Shown: positions 62,740 through 64,000 of the stretch, piece by piece | Position numbering within the stretch: the first letter of the stretch is position 1 | How the letters are laid out: every line of letters begins with the position of its first letter | DNA from: Mobula hypostoma | Taxonomy: Eukaryota | Direction: 5' to 3' | NCBI RefSeq assembly: GCF_963921235.1 | Contig: NC_086097.1 | Location: forward strand, 111,292,001 to 111,356,000 | Length of the DNA: 64,000 bases | Position numbers and translations under genes: made by a program | Notes under the pieces: model-generated | What the model was told of the DNA's origin: nothing | Seen by the model: the letters and a program-made list of their open reading frames with translations, nothing else | Database searches by the model: none

Positions 62740-64000
62740 GACTAAAACTTGTTCTTACCTCAACAACTTCTCTTTTGAATCCTCTCTTTTTGTAAAACAA
62801 AGGTGTAGGCGTTGACACTCACATAGGTGTCAACTTTTGTTGGTTTTGTGGATTAGTCCTTGTTCCTAACCTACTCTGGCACACTTCGTTAATTCTTTCT
62901 CTGTGACATAGACAACTGCATTGGTGCTGCTTCTTGTATTCAGATAGAACTTCTTTATTTTTAATACCTCTGCTACTAACTTCCACCGTGACTTCATATT
63001 CACATGGACCATTTCTGACACACCTCTATCTTTTCTGGATCTCCCTTTCTCTGTCTCAGGAGACAAACTATCCCCCAAATCTTCTGTAAATCCTCTGACT
63101 CCAACACCTACATCAGCTACACCTACACACACCCTACCTTCTGGAAGGATGCCATCCTGTTCTTTCAGTTTCTCTGTCTCTGCTGCACCTTTTCTTGAAA
63201 GAGTGTTTCCATTTCAGGAAATATGAAATATTCTCCTTTATCAGGAAACATGGCTTGCTCCTTCACTTCACCCTCATCATCACTTAGGTGAGGCAGAAAT
63301 TCACATGCACTTCCTACAAACTCATCTATTGCAATCAATCCTTTCACTGTAGATGAGGCTGCATCAGCAAGGCCAATCATAGACTAGGCACTTGTGCTCT
63401 GTTCACAGCAGCCATGTTGACTTACCAGTTGGATATCATTTCAACTCCCTTTCCTTTCATATTCCCACATTGTACACTGTCCTCTGCCTTCTTCACTGCT
63501 TCGGTGAGGTCAGAGACAAGCTGGAAAAACAACACCCCATAATCTGCTTGCCTCACCTGTGACCCAGTTTCAGGTAATCCATGCCCCTGGTGCTCCTTTT
63601 TCACTCATACAGGTCCACCCAAATTCTCTCTTCCTTTGTTTGTCTTTTCCAATCCTCAACCCCAAGCCTTTCCTTCATTTCCTAACTCCTCACCCATCTT
63701 GTTCTATTTGTCCATCATCTTTCCTATTTCTGGTTTCTGCAAGCCCCTTCTCCCTTCCCTTCTCTCCTCCTAATTAGCTATGTTGTCTTTTTTTTTTGTT
63801 GTTGGCTGTTTCTACCTGTTGCCTATCCACCTCTGTCTCACATCTCTTTATATTGGCTATCTTCGTTCTACACATAGGGGTTGAAATCCATAATCCTGAT
63901 GCAGGATTTTGGTCCAAAATGTCAATCATCCCTTTGCCTCCGTAGATGCTGCTTGACCTGTTTAGTTCCTCCAGCACTTTGTTTTGTCTATACTGACTCT
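62740..64000 (+). mobile_element. Old Penelope-like element remnant (RT to terminal repeat)
   Basis: LNNFSFESSLF RT-like peptide, colinearity with the 13191-14610 copy, decayed hammerhead aatcCTGATGCagg..tccAAAAtgtc near 63893. Confidence 0.7.

Overview
Eukaryotic, vertebrate genomic DNA: AT-rich, CpG-poor and very repeat-dense. The mix of CR1 LINEs, V-domain tRNA-SINEs and Penelope elements suggests a cartilaginous fish (inference only). The window lies inside one + strand gene, LRRFIP2. I read 14 GT-AG coding exons (1332..59681) that splice into an open 1305-nt frame (435 codons); the start and stop exons lie outside the window. The introns hold nested CR1 and Rex/Babar-like LINE remnants, Tc1 and hAT DNA transposons, tRNA-SINEs, a solo LTR and a young Penelope-like (GIY-YIG) retroelement family. 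The most striking signal is in that family. Its terminal repeat carries a minimal hammerhead ribozyme, and it appears as ~255-bp non-coding palindromic elements with a hammerhead on each strand and 13-14-bp target-site duplications. Two independent copies share an identical 19-nt spacer, suggesting a mobile double-ribozyme hairpin unit. Repeat family names come from motif recognition, not database searches, and boundaries of old repeats are approximate.
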